From Candidatus Multivorans sp. (lineage in GTDB: Bacteria; Acidobacteriota; Thermoanaerobaculia; Multivoradales; Multivoraceae), in NCBI GenBank assembly GCA_965247095.1, contig OZ251997.1:1152001-1216000 (forward strand): a stretch of DNA of 64,000 bases, in the 5' to 3' direction. The translations under genes were made by a program, and so were the position numbers. The stretch's first letter is position 1. The number at the start of each line of letters is the position of its first letter. A model generated the notes under the pieces. That model did not search any database. It was given only the letters and a program-made list of their open reading frames with translations, and had not been told where the DNA came from. Shown here in pieces: positions 31,526 through 41,588 of this stretch.

Positions 31526-31978
31526 TCATCGAGCGCTCGGATGAAACTCCAGCACGAACGTCACCGGCCCGTCGTTCGTAAGGTCCACACGCATCCGGGC
31601 GCCGAAGCGGCCGCCCGCGACGACCAGCCCCGCCTCTTCCAGCCGCCTGCGCAAGCTGGCCAGCAACGGCTCGGCCACCTCCGGACGCGCTGCCCGGTCG
31701 AAGGAGGGACGTCTTCCCTTCCGTGTCGAGGCCGCGAGCGTGAACTGCGACACCAGCAGGATCGCGCCGCCGGCCTGGCGCAGGTCCAGGTTCATCCTTC
31801 CCCGCTCGTCATCGAAGAGACGGAGACGGCTCAACCTGGACGCCGCGGCCGCCACCTGATCCTCGCCGTCGCCGACTTCCACTCCCGCCAGCACGAGCAA
31901 ACCGCCGTCGATCCGACCGACGGTCCGGCCGTCGACCGTCACCGACGCCGAACTGACCCGCTGCACGACCAGGCGCAC
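31526..31978 (-). CDS. dtd: D-aminoacyl-tRNA deacylase
   Basis: VRLVVQRVSSASV, VSQFTL, KGRRPSF, NDGPVT. Confidence 0.96.
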   Translation of the reverse strand: MRLVVQRVSSASVTVDGRTVGRIDGGLLVLAGVEVGDGEDQVAAAASRLSRLRLFDDERGRMNLDLRQAGGAILLVSQFTLAASTRKGRRPSFDRAARPEVAEPLLASLRRRLEEAGLVVAGGRFGARMRVDLTNDGPVTFVLEFHPSAR

Positions 31979-32182
31979 CACCCAACCATAACGGCGGAAA
32001 GGTACCCGGAGCGCTAGTCCAGCGGTTACGATCAACCAATGGGACGGCCGGGCGACGTCCCGGACCCGAGTTCCGTACAACCAAGCGAGAGGCGCGATGC
32101 CGGTCGTGCCGCCCGAGAACCCGCCTGCCGAAAACGAAGCGACGTTCCCTCCCGAACCACCAGAAAGGACGACTCTCCCGAC

Positions 32183-32623
32183 ATGTTGAACCACGTGATC
32201 CTGATCGGCCATCTCGGCCGCGACCCGGAAGTCCGCACGACCCAATCCGGCCAGACGGTCGCCAACCTGAGGCTTGCCACGAGCCGACGTTGGACGGACC
32301 GCGACGGCAACCGCCAGGACGAGACCGAATGGCACACGATCGTGTGCTGGGGCCGCCAGGCCGAAGTGGCCGGCCAGTACCTGACCCGAGGCAAGCTCGT
32401 CTCGGTCGAGGGCCGCCTCCAGACCCGCTCCTGGGAGGACAAGCAGACCGGCCAGAAGCGCTACGCCACCGAGATCGTGTGCCGCAACTTCCAGATGCTC
32501 GGCGGCCGTGGCGACAGCGGCGGACAGTCCGGTTCCGGGCAAAGCCAGGCGGCGCCGGCCCAGCCCGCTCCCAACGACGCCGGCTTCGACCCGGCCGGCG
32601 GCGACGACGACATCCCCTTCTAG
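32183..32623 (+). CDS. ssb: Single-stranded DNA-binding protein
   Basis: [35 protein letters not shown] tail. Confidence 0.97.
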   Translation: MLNHVILIGHLGRDPEVRTTQSGQTVANLRLATSRRWTDRDGNRQDETEWHTIVCWGRQAEVAGQYLTRGKLVSVEGRLQTRSWEDKQTGQKRYATEIVCRNFQMLGGRGDSGGQSGSGQSQAAPAQPAPNDAGFDPAGGDDDIPF

Positions 32624-32651
32624 GCGAACACCGGGGCCGCCGGCCTGCCAT

Positions 32652-35408
32652 CTACCGTCGACCGGACCGTGAGGTCTCCGGCGGCTTCGCGCCGGACTTG
32701 AGCCGGTCCTTGAGGGTCTGCACCAGGTTCAGTGCGGCCACGGGCGTCAACTGGTTCACGTCGACGACTCTCAGCGCCTCGACCACCGCTTCGTCCTCGC
32801 CGGCCCACAGGGCAAGCTGGTCGGGCCCCTGGTCCGGCGGCGCGCCGGCCGCGCCGTCCACCACGCGCGGCTTGCCGGAGAAGCTGTACTGCTGCGACTC
32901 GACGTTGGCCAGCACGGCTGCCGCGCGCTCGATCACCTCCGCCGGCACTCCCGCCAGACGAGCGACGTGCAGCCCGTAGGACTTGTCCGCGCGGCCGGCG
33001 GCGACCCGGTGAAGGAACAGGATCTGGTCCTGCCATTCCTTGACCGACATGCGCCGATTCGCAACCCGCGCAAGGGTTGCCGGCAGACCGGTCAACTCGT
33101 GGTAGTGGGTGGCAAAGAGCGCCAGGCAGCCGTTGTGCTCGTGCAGGCGTTCGATGATCGCCCAGGCCAGTGACAGCCCGTCGTAGGTCGACGTGCCGCG
33201 GCCGACTTCGTCGAGCACCACCAGGCTGTCGCGCGTCGCGTGGCGCAGGATGTTCGCGGTCTCGACCATCTCCACCATGAAGGTGGACTCACCCCGGGCC
33301 AGGTCGTCGCTGGCGCCGACGCGGGTGAAGATGCGGTCGACCAGGCCGATCTCGGCGCTCTGAGCGGGCACGAAGCTGCCGGCGTGGGCCATGAGCACGA
33401 TGAGCGCCGCCTGCCGCAGATAGGTCGATTTGCCGCCCATGTTGGGACCCGTGAGCAGGACGATCTGCTCCTTTTCGCGGTCCAGAGCGACATCGTTCGG
33501 AACGAAACCCGAGGCGCCCCGCACCGCCGCCGCCGAACGTTCGACCACTGGATGACGCCCCTCGCGGATCTCGATCCGGCCCCCGGACGTCAGCATGCAC
33601 GGCCGCACGTAGTCGTAGCGGCCGGCTACCTCGGCCAGGGCGACCAGGCAGTCGATCTCCGCCAGCGCGCCGGCCAGCTTCAGGAGCCGCGGGGCCTGCT
33701 CCGCAGCCTCCGTCCGCAGCCCCTCGAACAACTGTTGTTCGAGCGCGAGCTGGCCGCTCTCGGCGCCGAGGATCTGCTCTTCCAGCGTCTTCAGTTCGTC
33801 GGTGACATAGCGCTCGGCATTGGTCAGCGTCTGCCGGCGCACGTAGTGGTCGGGAACCCGATGCTGCTGGGTCTTCCGCACTTCGAAGTAGTAACCGAAG
33901 ACCCGGTTGTAGCCGACCTTGAGCGTCGCGATGCCGGTCGCCTCGCGTTCCTGAGCTTCGAGACCGGCGATGTGCCCCTTGCCGTCCCGCGCCAGCGACC
34001 GGAGCCGATCCAGCTCCGCGTCGACGCCACCAGCGATCACGCCGCCCTCGGTCAAGGATCCGGGCGTCTCCGCGAGCACCGAGTCCAGCCTCGATCGGAG
34101 TTCGGCCAGCGGATCCACCGCGGCGAGACGTTCCAGGAGTTGCGCCTGAAGCCCGGCAAGGGCCCCCAGCACGGACGGCGCCTCGCGCAGGGTATCCCGC
34201 AGGGCCCCCACCTCACGCGGTGTGATCCGCCCGAGCACGGCGCGCGAGGTCAGCCGCTCCAGATCGGCAATCCGCTTCAGCCGCGACCGGAGCGCCTCCC
34301 GCTGAGCGATGTGCGAGAGCAACGCCTCCACCCCGTCGTGGCGGTCGCCAAGCGCCGCCAGGTCGCGCAGCGGCCGGCTCAACCAGCGTCGCAGCATGCG
34401 CGCCCCCGGCCCGGTGAGCGTCAGGTCGAGCACCTCGATGAGGGTCCGGCCCGCCTGGTGCTGGAGGTGGCGGAAGACCTCCAGGTTGCGCAGCGTCGTC
34501 TCGTCCAGGACCACGCACCGATCGTCGTGCTGGACCTCCAGCGCGGCGATGTGGTCGATATCGGACTTGGCCGCGCGGCGGGCGTAGTCCAGGACCAGGG
34601 CCGCCGCGGTCACCGCGGCTTCCCCCTCCACCAGGCCGAACCCGCGCAGGTTCTGGACCCCGAATTGCCGCCGCAGGACGCGCTCGGCCGACGCCGGCCG
34701 CGGAACCTGCGCCTCGTCGACCTCGGTATGGGGCGTACCGGCACGGCCGATCCAGGCCGGCAGATGTCCGTCGGGGTCGCCCCGGCCGGCTTCGAAGTCG
34801 GCGGCGCAGGTGAGGACTTCCCGCGGCGCCAGCCGTTCCAGATCCTCGACCGCGTACCCGGCGTCCGGCCAGCGCCGCACGAAGAACTCGCCGGTCGAGA
34901 GATCGAGGAACGCGCCCGCACCGGACGCCCGATCGAAACGGACTCCGGCCAGGTAGTTCGGGCGGGCCTGGTCCAGCATTTCGAGGTCGCTGATCGTGCC
35001 CGGCGTCACGATCCGGGTGACCTCCCGACGAACCAGACCCTGGGCCTGGGCCGGATCCTCCACCTGGTCGCACAACGCGACCTTGTAGCCGGCGTCCAGC
35101 AACTTGCCGATGTAGGCGTCGACCGCGTGGTGGGGTACGCCGCACATGGGCGCCTCGCTGGCCGTACCCTTCTGACGCGCGGTCAGGGCCACGTCGAGCA
35201 CCGGCGCGGCGGTGACCGCGTCCTCGAAGAACATCTCGAAGAAGTCGCCCATCCGGTACAGGAGGATGGCGTCGGGATGCTCCGCCTTCACCGTCAGGTA
35301 GTGCCGGAGCATCGGCGTCATCGCCGAGAGCTTCCGCCCCGACCCCCGCTCTCCGGCGGCAGGCGCCCGCGAATCCTCCGCGTCTTCGGCGGTGCTCGAT
35401 CTAGCCAC
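32652..35408 (-). CDS. mutS: DNA mismatch repair protein MutS
   Basis: TPMLRHY, RMGDFFEMF, TGPNMGGKST, STFMVEM, DEVGRGT; start uncertain. Confidence 0.98.
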   Translation of the reverse strand: MARSSTAEDAEDSRAPAAGERGSGRKLSAMTPMLRHYLTVKAEHPDAILLYRMGDFFEMFFEDAVTAAPVLDVALTARQKGTASEAPMCGVPHHAVDAYIGKLLDAGYKVALCDQVEDPAQAQGLVRREVTRIVTPGTISDLEMLDQARPNYLAGVRFDRASGAGAFLDLSTGEFFVRRWPDAGYAVEDLERLAPREVLTCAADFEAGRGDPDGHLPAWIGRAGTPHTEVDEAQVPRPASAERVLRRQFGVQNLRGFGLVEGEAAVTAAALVLDYARRAAKSDIDHIAALEVQHDDRCVVLDETTLRNLEVFRHLQHQAGRTLIEVLDLTLTGPGARMLRRWLSRPLRDLAALGDRHDGVEALLSHIAQREALRSRLKRIADLERLTSRAVLGRITPREVGALRDTLREAPSVLGALAGLQAQLLERLAAVDPLAELRSRLDSVLAETPGSLTEGGVIAGGVDAELDRLRSLARDGKGHIAGLEAQEREATGIATLKVGYNRVFGYYFEVRKTQQHRVPDHYVRRQTLTNAERYVTDELKTLEEQILGAESGQLALEQQLFEGLRTEAAEQAPRLLKLAGALAEIDCLVALAEVAGRYDYVRPCMLTSGGRIEIREGRHPVVERSAAAVRGASGFVPNDVALDREKEQIVLLTGPNMGGKSTYLRQAALIVLMAHAGSFVPAQSAEIGLVDRIFTRVGASDDLARGESTFMVEMVETANILRHATRDSLVVLDEVGRGTSTYDGLSLAWAIIERLHEHNGCLALFATHYHELTGLPATLARVANRRMSVKEWQDQILFLHRVAAGRADKSYGLHVARLAGVPAEVIERAAAVLANVESQQYSFSGKPRVVDGAAGAPPDQGPDQLALWAGEDEAVVEALRVVDVNQLTPVAALNLVQTLKDRLKSGAKPPETSRSGRR

Positions 35409-35434
35409 GGGCGGTCGCCAGTATATTGAGTGGC

Positions 35435-36193
35435 ATGGCACCGCTGCTTGCGCTCGACACCGGCTCGGTCATCGTCAGCGTGGCGGTCGGCGAGCGGGAC
35501 CGGTTCGAAGTGCTGTCCGCGCCCCAGGGCCGTTCGTCGCGCGAGCTGATCGCGATGATCGACGAGCTCCTGACCCGCGCCGGCATCAAGCCGCGGGATC
35601 TGTCGGGCATCGGGGCCGCTCGCGGACCGGGCAGCTTCACCGGCCTGCGCGTGGGACTGGCGACCGCGCTGGGGCTCCATCAGGCCTCGGGCGTCAGGGC
35701 GGGCGGCGCATCCACGTTCGAGATCCTGGCCGCCGACTACTTCGAGCGCGTCGAGAATGGCGCGACGGAGGTGGTGGCCGTCATCGACGCCCTCCGTGAA
35801 CGCTGGTACACCCAGCCCATGCGACTGGCTGAGAACGGCAGGGTCGAAGCCGCCGGCCCGCCGGAAATCAAGGATCGCGCCGATCTCGTCCACGCCCGGC
35901 TGCCGCTCGTCGGACACGGCGTCTCCCAGCTTCCCACTTCGGCGGGAGCGATCGAGCCGTCCGAACTGGCGCCGACCCTGCTGCGTCTCATGGCGGACGG
36001 CGCCCTCGGCTGGGATGGCGGAGCACTGACCGAGCCGCTCTACCTGCGCTCGCCGGCCACCAGTCCGTCCACTCGCCCGCCCGGTAGCCCGAGACCGAAT
36101 CGGCGTCGCCGCCGCGCCCAAGCTTCCGGCCTCATCCGAGACTCCCGCGGCACGACACGTGGTCCCGGTGGAGATCCGCCGAGCTCGACCTGA
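35435..36193 (+). CDS. tsaB: tRNA threonylcarbamoyladenosine biosynthesis protein TsaB
   Basis: LLALDT, GPGSFTGLRVG, VIDALR, EPLYLR. Confidence 0.9.
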   Translation: MAPLLALDTGSVIVSVAVGERDRFEVLSAPQGRSSRELIAMIDELLTRAGIKPRDLSGIGAARGPGSFTGLRVGLATALGLHQASGVRAGGASTFEILAADYFERVENGATEVVAVIDALRERWYTQPMRLAENGRVEAAGPPEIKDRADLVHARLPLVGHGVSQLPTSAGAIEPSELAPTLLRLMADGALGWDGGALTEPLYLRSPATSPSTRPPGSPRPNRRRRRAQASGLIRDSRGTTRGPGGDPPSST

Positions 36194-36198
36194 TCGGG

Positions 36199-37709
36199 AG
36201 CGTAGTCCCATTCAGAGATGAGCCTGAAGGTGGCTTCTTCGAGAGTTGTGCCGAGAGAGCGGCGGGGCGGGTTTCAGGGCTGGTGATCGAAGCGAAGCGG
36301 AGATCAGCACCAGGGACCAACGGTAGCGCGGGGACCGCGAGCCGCGGTCGAGTTGCACGAAGTGGGTGGTGTGAGGCGCGAGAGACGGGGGCGGTTTAGT
36401 CATGCGACGGTTGCATAGCGGCGGTGGATTTCGGCGAACAGTGCGACGAGGGCGTCGTTGACGGCGCTGGCCGCGGTGAGGTCGTCGAGTGCCAGGGCCT
36501 GCTGGTCGAGCTGCTCGAAGGTGACGCCGGGTCGCAGGCAGAGGGCGGCGCCGTCGAGCGACTTCAGCTTGAGGTAGGTCGTGGTGACGTTGTCGAAGGG
36601 GTAGGTCTTTCGCTTGCGACCATTGGCGTCTGTCGTCTCGACGGGGAAGTGGCAGGGCCGGTGGTAGTTGAGGAACGGAGCGAGCGCGTCGCGCAGGAAG
36701 TCGTTGACGAGTGCGGCATGACGCCGGGGAATGTGGTCGTAGCCGAGGTACCGCCGCACCACCGAGGCGTTCTTGCTCTCGACCAGGGCGTTGTCGTTGC
36801 AGCGCCTCGGGCGGGACTTGGTGAACTCCTCGATGTGCAGCTTGCGCAGCAGCGCGGCCACCCGGTGGTTGATGTACTCGGAGCCGTTGTCGGCGTGGAA
36901 GCCGCGGATGATGAAGGGGAAAGCCTCGATCGACCCTTCCAGGGCCGGAACCAGGAAACGCTCCGAAATGCCCTCTACAGCGGCCACGAACTCGTACTGC
37001 GTGACCTCGTCCACAAGATTGATCTCGTACAGACCCTTCTCCCCGTCCAGGTCGCCCTGATGGACCGAATCCACTCGCAGAAAGCCCGGCCGACCCGCGG
37101 GATGAGGCTTGCGGCGCTCCCCGATGCGTACCTGCGTCGACCGCGTCCTGGCCACCGTCAGGCGACGGCGCCGGTACGCTGTCGACTGGCGAAGCCGGTA
37201 CAGATGGCTGTTCGAGAGCCCCGCCAGACGCTCGAACCGCACATCCCCGAACACCGCGTACTGGCGCTGCATCATGCGCCGAGTGACCGCGCCGCACAGA
37301 CCGCCAAGGGTCTCGTCCACCTCGGCCAGCAGACCGATGTCCGCCTTCGTGTAGCGCCGGGGAAACGGACGCTTCGGACCCCGGCGCCGATCCTCGATGC
37401 GCCCCGTATCCCGGTACTGAGAGATCAACCGCGCGATCTGCGCCCGACTGAACCCCGTCACCTTGACCAGGAAGCGCCGCACCAGACCCTTGTCGGGCCT
37501 CGACAGTCGAAAGTAGCGCGAACGCACCAGAACCCGCCGCACAAAATCGTACGCATGGGCCCGCTCACGAAGCGGAAGTCGACCGGCGCGCTGCCGACCA
37601 TGAAGTCGCGGACCTCGTCGAGGGTCCGCAGCCGTTCGATATCGAGTCGCAAGGTCATCCTCCAATGATCCCCAACCCACTCTCAGGCTCATCTCTCGAG
37701 GGATTGACG
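36199..37709 (-). mobile_element. Insertion sequence with rve-type DDE transposase (family unassigned, IS481/ISNCY-like)
   Basis: Imperfect inverted repeats share AGAGATGAGCCTGA (36214-36227 and reverse complement of 37683-37696); no target duplication seen. Confidence 0.85.
36400..37658 (-). pseudogene. Transposase with a 1-nt frameshift near 37566
   Basis: MTLRLDIERLRTLDEVRDF...DFRF is in one frame; ERAHAYDFV...DSVHQGD...FHADNGSEY...NDNALVESKN is in another. Confidence 0.75.
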
Positions 37710-37719
37710 CCGCTCCTGT

Positions 37720-37752
37720 CATGGGACAAGCATGGGACAAGTATGGGACAAG
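37720..37752. repeat. Three tandem 11-nt repeats YATGGGACAAG
   Basis: CATGGGACAAG CATGGGACAAG TATGGGACAAG. Confidence 0.92.
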
Positions 37753-37760
37753 GCTGTCGA

Positions 37761-37789
37761 TTGACAGTCGGCTGGGAGCCCCCTATGAT
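37761..37789 (+). promoter_or_regulatory. Sigma70 promoter for tRNA-Asn
   Basis: TTGACA (37761) - 17 bp - TATGAT (37784), 46 nt upstream of the tRNA. Confidence 0.8.
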
Positions 37790-37835
37790 TGGGGAGCCTG
37801 TCGCCTCCGCTGTTAGCTGGAGCCGGCGGGGTTCT

Positions 37836-37910
37836 TCCTCGGTAGCTCAACGGTAGAGCGTTCGGCTGTTAACCGAAATGTTGGGCGTTCGAATCGCTCC
37901 CGAGGAGCCA
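37836..37910 (+). tRNA. tRNA-Asn (GUU)
   Basis: TCCTCGGTAGCTCAACGGTAGAGC-G-TTCGG-CTGTTAA-CCGAA...GTTCGAATC...CCGAGGAGCCA. Confidence 0.97.
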
Positions 37911-38078
37911 AAGTTCGGGGCACGGAACAAGTGGTCGACGCTGGTCAAGGTGACCGCCTACCTTGGTTGATTTACGCCAAGTGGTCCACCTCGGCGTTGA
38001 GGGAAAGCGATTCGAGGTAACCCTATGTCCAGATCAACACCTCAAGTTTGTGCGGCCGTGCTGTCGTACCCGCCTCGC

Positions 38079-38621
38079 ATGAGCCAGTCGACCCGGCCGA
38101 GGCCGGATGCCGAAGCGGGCCGGTCCCACCCGGCGGCCCACAGGGACGGCGCTCTCGCTCCTAGTCCACCGGCGGGGCAGTTTGCCGAGAGCCATCCCCC
38201 CCCACCCGCCGCCGTCGCGGCCCGGGGAGCGTGCGGGTGTTGGCCGCCGGTGCCTGTCTGGCTTGGCTCGCCTGGCCGACCGAGGCTTTCGCGCAGAATA
38301 CACTGTCCATCGTCTCCATTGCCGTCGATGACGAGGTCACCGCCTCGGAGAAGTTGGCCGGGTTCGACATCGTTGGCCACACGGGCAACCAGGGCAACAT
38401 AGCTGTCAAGTTGACCTTCGGCACGGAGGAGTGGAACACGACCTCCTCCGCGACCGCGTCCGAGGGAATCCACTGGTGGTCGGCGAGGGTGCCGTCCGAT
38501 GCGAGCTACATTACTGACGGAGACCAGACCGTAGACGCGGAGGCCACTATTGGCGCGTTTACCCTGAAGCATGATAGGGACTTTGACGCGGATCTGACGT
38601 TGCCGCTGACAGTAGACCTAG
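38079..38621 (+). pseudogene. N-terminal fragment of a secreted Ig-like surface protein; poly-C frameshift and IS truncation
   Basis: Signal peptide RRRR...LAAGACLAWLAWPTEAFA-Q, then IAVDDEVTASEKLAGFDIVG...WSARVP...TVDL; cut at CTAG by an IS end. Confidence 0.7.
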
Positions 38622-40043
38622 CAGCCCGTGGCAGAAGTGGCTTCGTGGCCCGAGGGGGCGGACCAGTCAGATGTGTGGTTCTGCAGGGGACCAGCCGCGG
38701 CGGTAGATGTTGGATAGCAAGTGGATCGGATTTGCGGGCCGGCTCAGGAAGATCCGCCGGTATAGCGCGACGAGTCGCGGCCAGACCCCTCCATGTTGAC
38801 CGGCGAGGGCGTTGCGGGCTGCCGAAGCGCGGCCCTGGAGGCTGCGCGGCGTGCCGACTCCCACAAGCTCGCGCATCAGGAGCCCGAGGTTGCAGCCGCA
38901 GGCATGAATGTAGACGCGCTTGAGGACGTTCGAGCGACCGCGCAGGTGCAGCCGCCGCATGCCGCCGGTCTCGTACTGGTGAGCGAAAGGCCGTTCAAGC
39001 CGTTCCCCTCGCTGGCGCTGCATCCGCTTGCCCCGATTCCCCCGGATCCGCCGACGGTTCGCGTACACGATGGCCTGCAGGTCCTTCTTGCCCTTCCAAC
39101 GACGACGACCACGGTCCGGCTCCGCGATGTAGCTGCGAAGGCCCAACTCGTCGATGGAGGCGAGAACAGCGTTGCTGTGGTAGCCCTTGTCGGCAACGAT
39201 CTCCTGGATCGCGGCATCGTCCCCGGTCGCCGATTCCACCTGCTCGAAGGTCTCCTCCAGCGTCTCGCCGAACGACTCCGTGTCCCCCTTCGATCCGCCC
39301 TGAACCGTCACTCCCAGGATCGTCCCGGACAAAAGGTCCACCGCCTGCTCCGCCTTGTACGCGAAGTGCGTGCGGCCGTCCTTCATCTTCGTGATCTCCG
39401 CCTCCGGGTCGTGCGGATTCTCCCACTCCGCGTTCGACAGCTTCTTCTTGCGCTTGCGGTCGAAACGGACCAACTCGGTCCGCGTCGGCGTCTCCACACC
39501 CGACGCCTCCGCCAAACCCCGCACGAACTCGTCGTAGTCCTCCCCACTGTCAAGACGCACGATGCTCCGCAACGCCGCGTTCGCCTCCAGAGTCGTCGCG
39601 TCCACGCCCACCGTCTTGCCCGACACCAGACCCGACTCCGCCAGACGACCAAGCACCCACGAGAACACTCTGCTGTGAGTCTCCACGTCGACCAGCCGAC
39701 GCGTACGCGAAATGGTCGAATGATCCGGCGCCGACTCGGTCACGCCCAACCCCAGGAACCGACGAATGCTCAGAGAGTCCTGAGCACGCCACGCGATCCC
39801 GCGCTCCGAGTCCAGACCCTCGAAGTAACCCACCAGCAGCAGACGAAAGTACCGGCCCGGACAAAGACTCGGACGGCCCATCCGCTCCGCATAGAACTGC
39901 GCGCACTCCGACTCCACCAACTCGTCGAAACCGCCGGCTTCCAGAATGCCGTTCAACCGCTCATGGAACGGGTGACCAGCGCTGCGAGGAAGATCCGCTC
40001 CCGCCACCCAAAGCGCAGCGTGCGCCCTCCTGGCGAGCCTCAT
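38622..40043 (-). mobile_element. IS1182/IS5-like element, 5' end missing
   Basis: Terminal CTAG|CAGCCCGTGGCAGAAGT at 38618-38638; no matching inverted repeat before the ISL3. Confidence 0.75.
38667..40043 (-). CDS. DDE transposase (IS1182/IS5-like), N-terminus probably altered
   Basis: GRPSLCPGRYFRLLL, PDHSTISRTR, VGVDATTLEANA, VADKGYHS, ERPFAH. Confidence 0.88.
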   Translation of the reverse strand: MRLARRAHAALWVAGADLPRSAGHPFHERLNGILEAGGFDELVESECAQFYAERMGRPSLCPGRYFRLLLVGYFEGLDSERGIAWRAQDSLSIRRFLGLGVTESAPDHSTISRTRRLVDVETHSRVFSWVLGRLAESGLVSGKTVGVDATTLEANAALRSIVRLDSGEDYDEFVRGLAEASGVETPTRTELVRFDRKRKKKLSNAEWENPHDPEAEITKMKDGRTHFAYKAEQAVDLLSGTILGVTVQGGSKGDTESFGETLEETFEQVESATGDDAAIQEIVADKGYHSNAVLASIDELGLRSYIAEPDRGRRRWKGKKDLQAIVYANRRRIRGNRGKRMQRQRGERLERPFAHQYETGGMRRLHLRGRSNVLKRVYIHACGCNLGLLMRELVGVGTPRSLQGRASAARNALAGQHGGVWPRLVALYRRIFLSRPANPIHLLSNIYRRGWSPAEPHI

Positions 40044-40086
40044 GCCGGTAATGGCAAGGTATTCAATTGACCACGGAAGCTAATTT

Positions 40087-41430
40087 GGGTCTTCAGGGTT
40101 ATGTGTGGGCTGGGGGTTGCCGGAATCGGGCGGATCCGATCGGTCGTAGACTGGCGGCATGAAGAGTGCAAGGACGTTCGAGAAGCTTCTGGGGATCAAG
40201 TCGCCTTGGCGTGTGCGCGAGGTGGTGGTTCGGCTGGACGAGGCGAATCCGCTTCGCCGGGGTCCGGTAGTTGGCGGCACGGTGGAGATCCACGTGGAGC
40301 ATGCCGGCGCCACGCGGTGTCCGGAGTGCGGCTCCCCGTGTCCAGGCTACGACAGCAGGCATCGCAGGTGGCGTCATCTGGACACGATGCAGCACCAGAC
40401 GCGGGTCCATGCGGCGGTGCCGCGAGTCCGTTGTGCTGAGCACGGCATACGGCAGTTGAGGGTGCCCTGGGCAGACGAGGGTTCGCGTTTCACCGCGCTG
40501 TTCGAGGCGGAGGTCATCGAGTGGCTGCGCGAGGCGAGCGTGCATGCTGTGGCTTGCCGGATGGGTATGAGCTGGGATCAGGCGGTCGGCATTCTGCGCC
40601 GGGCGGTGAAGCGCGGTCTGGCGCGGCAGAAGCGACGGTCGCCTCGCGCGATCGGGGTCGACGAGACGTCGTTCCAGAAACGGCACAAGTACGTGACGGT
40701 GGTGAACGACCTGGAGCGCCGCGAGGTGGCGCATGTGGCCGACGGTCGCGGTCGGTCGGCGATCGACGGCTACTTCGAGGAGTTGGGTGAGACGGCATGC
40801 GCCGGCATCGAGCAGGTGGCGATGGACATGTGGCCGGCGTACATCTCTTCGGTGGAGGCGCATACGGACGCCGATATCGTGTTCGACAAGTTCCACATCG
40901 TCCAGCACTTGAACCACGCCGTGGACCTGGTTCGGCGTGCCGAGCAGCGGGAGTTGCTCAAAGCAGGCGATTCGGGTCTGAAGCGGAGCCGCTACTTGTG
41001 GCTGACGAGACGCGGACGGATGACGGCATCGCAGCGGCGTCGTTTCACCCTTCTTCGCGCGAGCCACCTGCGTGTGGCCCGTGCCTGGGCGATCAAGGAG
41101 ATGGCGATGTCGTTGTGGGGCTACTCCCGCCGTGGCTGGGCCAAGCGCAGGTGGAAGCGCTGGTACAGTTGGGCCATCCGCAGCCGCCTGGAGCCGATCA
41201 GGCGGGTGACGAAGATGATCAGGGACCATTGGGAGGGCGTCATCAACGCCGCCACGTCCAACATCACCAATGCACGCGCCGAGAGCATCAACGCGAAGAT
41301 CCAGTGGATCAAGCAGAAGGCGCATGGCTATCGAAACCGGGCCAACTTCCGACTCGCAATCCACTTCCATCTCGGCGGACTCGACCTCTACCCCGATTCA
41401 CTCTCGTTCCACACGAAACCCTGAAGAGCC
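40087..41430 (+). mobile_element. ISL3-family insertion sequence
   Basis: IRs GGGTCTTCAGGGTTATGTGTGG and GGCTCTTCAGGGTTTCGTGTGG (reverse complement); no target duplication. Confidence 0.92.
40159..41424 (+). CDS. ISL3 transposase
   Basis: CPECG zinc finger, IGVDETSF, AMDMWPAY, FDKFHIV, TNARAESIN, GYRN. Confidence 0.95.
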   Translation: MKSARTFEKLLGIKSPWRVREVVVRLDEANPLRRGPVVGGTVEIHVEHAGATRCPECGSPCPGYDSRHRRWRHLDTMQHQTRVHAAVPRVRCAEHGIRQLRVPWADEGSRFTALFEAEVIEWLREASVHAVACRMGMSWDQAVGILRRAVKRGLARQKRRSPRAIGVDETSFQKRHKYVTVVNDLERREVAHVADGRGRSAIDGYFEELGETACAGIEQVAMDMWPAYISSVEAHTDADIVFDKFHIVQHLNHAVDLVRRAEQRELLKAGDSGLKRSRYLWLTRRGRMTASQRRRFTLLRASHLRVARAWAIKEMAMSLWGYSRRGWAKRRWKRWYSWAIRSRLEPIRRVTKMIRDHWEGVINAATSNITNARAESINAKIQWIKQKAHGYRNRANFRLAIHFHLGGLDLYPDSLSFHTKP

Positions 41431-41588
41431 CGGACAAGAAGGCAGATACGAGATCCAGTACAACGGCTGAAACAGAACAAGGAGGGCCCCCAACTTTGTT
41501 GGCGCGCCAATCTGCGAAGAAAAATCCTGACCGGACCGCTCATCGTAGGGGTCGTCGCGCATTGGACCGCTCGGATATTCAGGGCGTG

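Noticed and set aside
36060-36193. Low-complexity C-terminal tail of TsaB (and of TrxB at 55310-55430) as a new domain
   Set aside because: Pro/Arg/Ser-rich sequence typical of stop-codon drift in GC-rich DNA
40797-41588. Apparent N-terminal extension fusing ISL3 sequence to the adhesin (2737 aa)
   Set aside because: Alternative frame of the transposase; the signal peptide and RBS place the real start at 41496-41589
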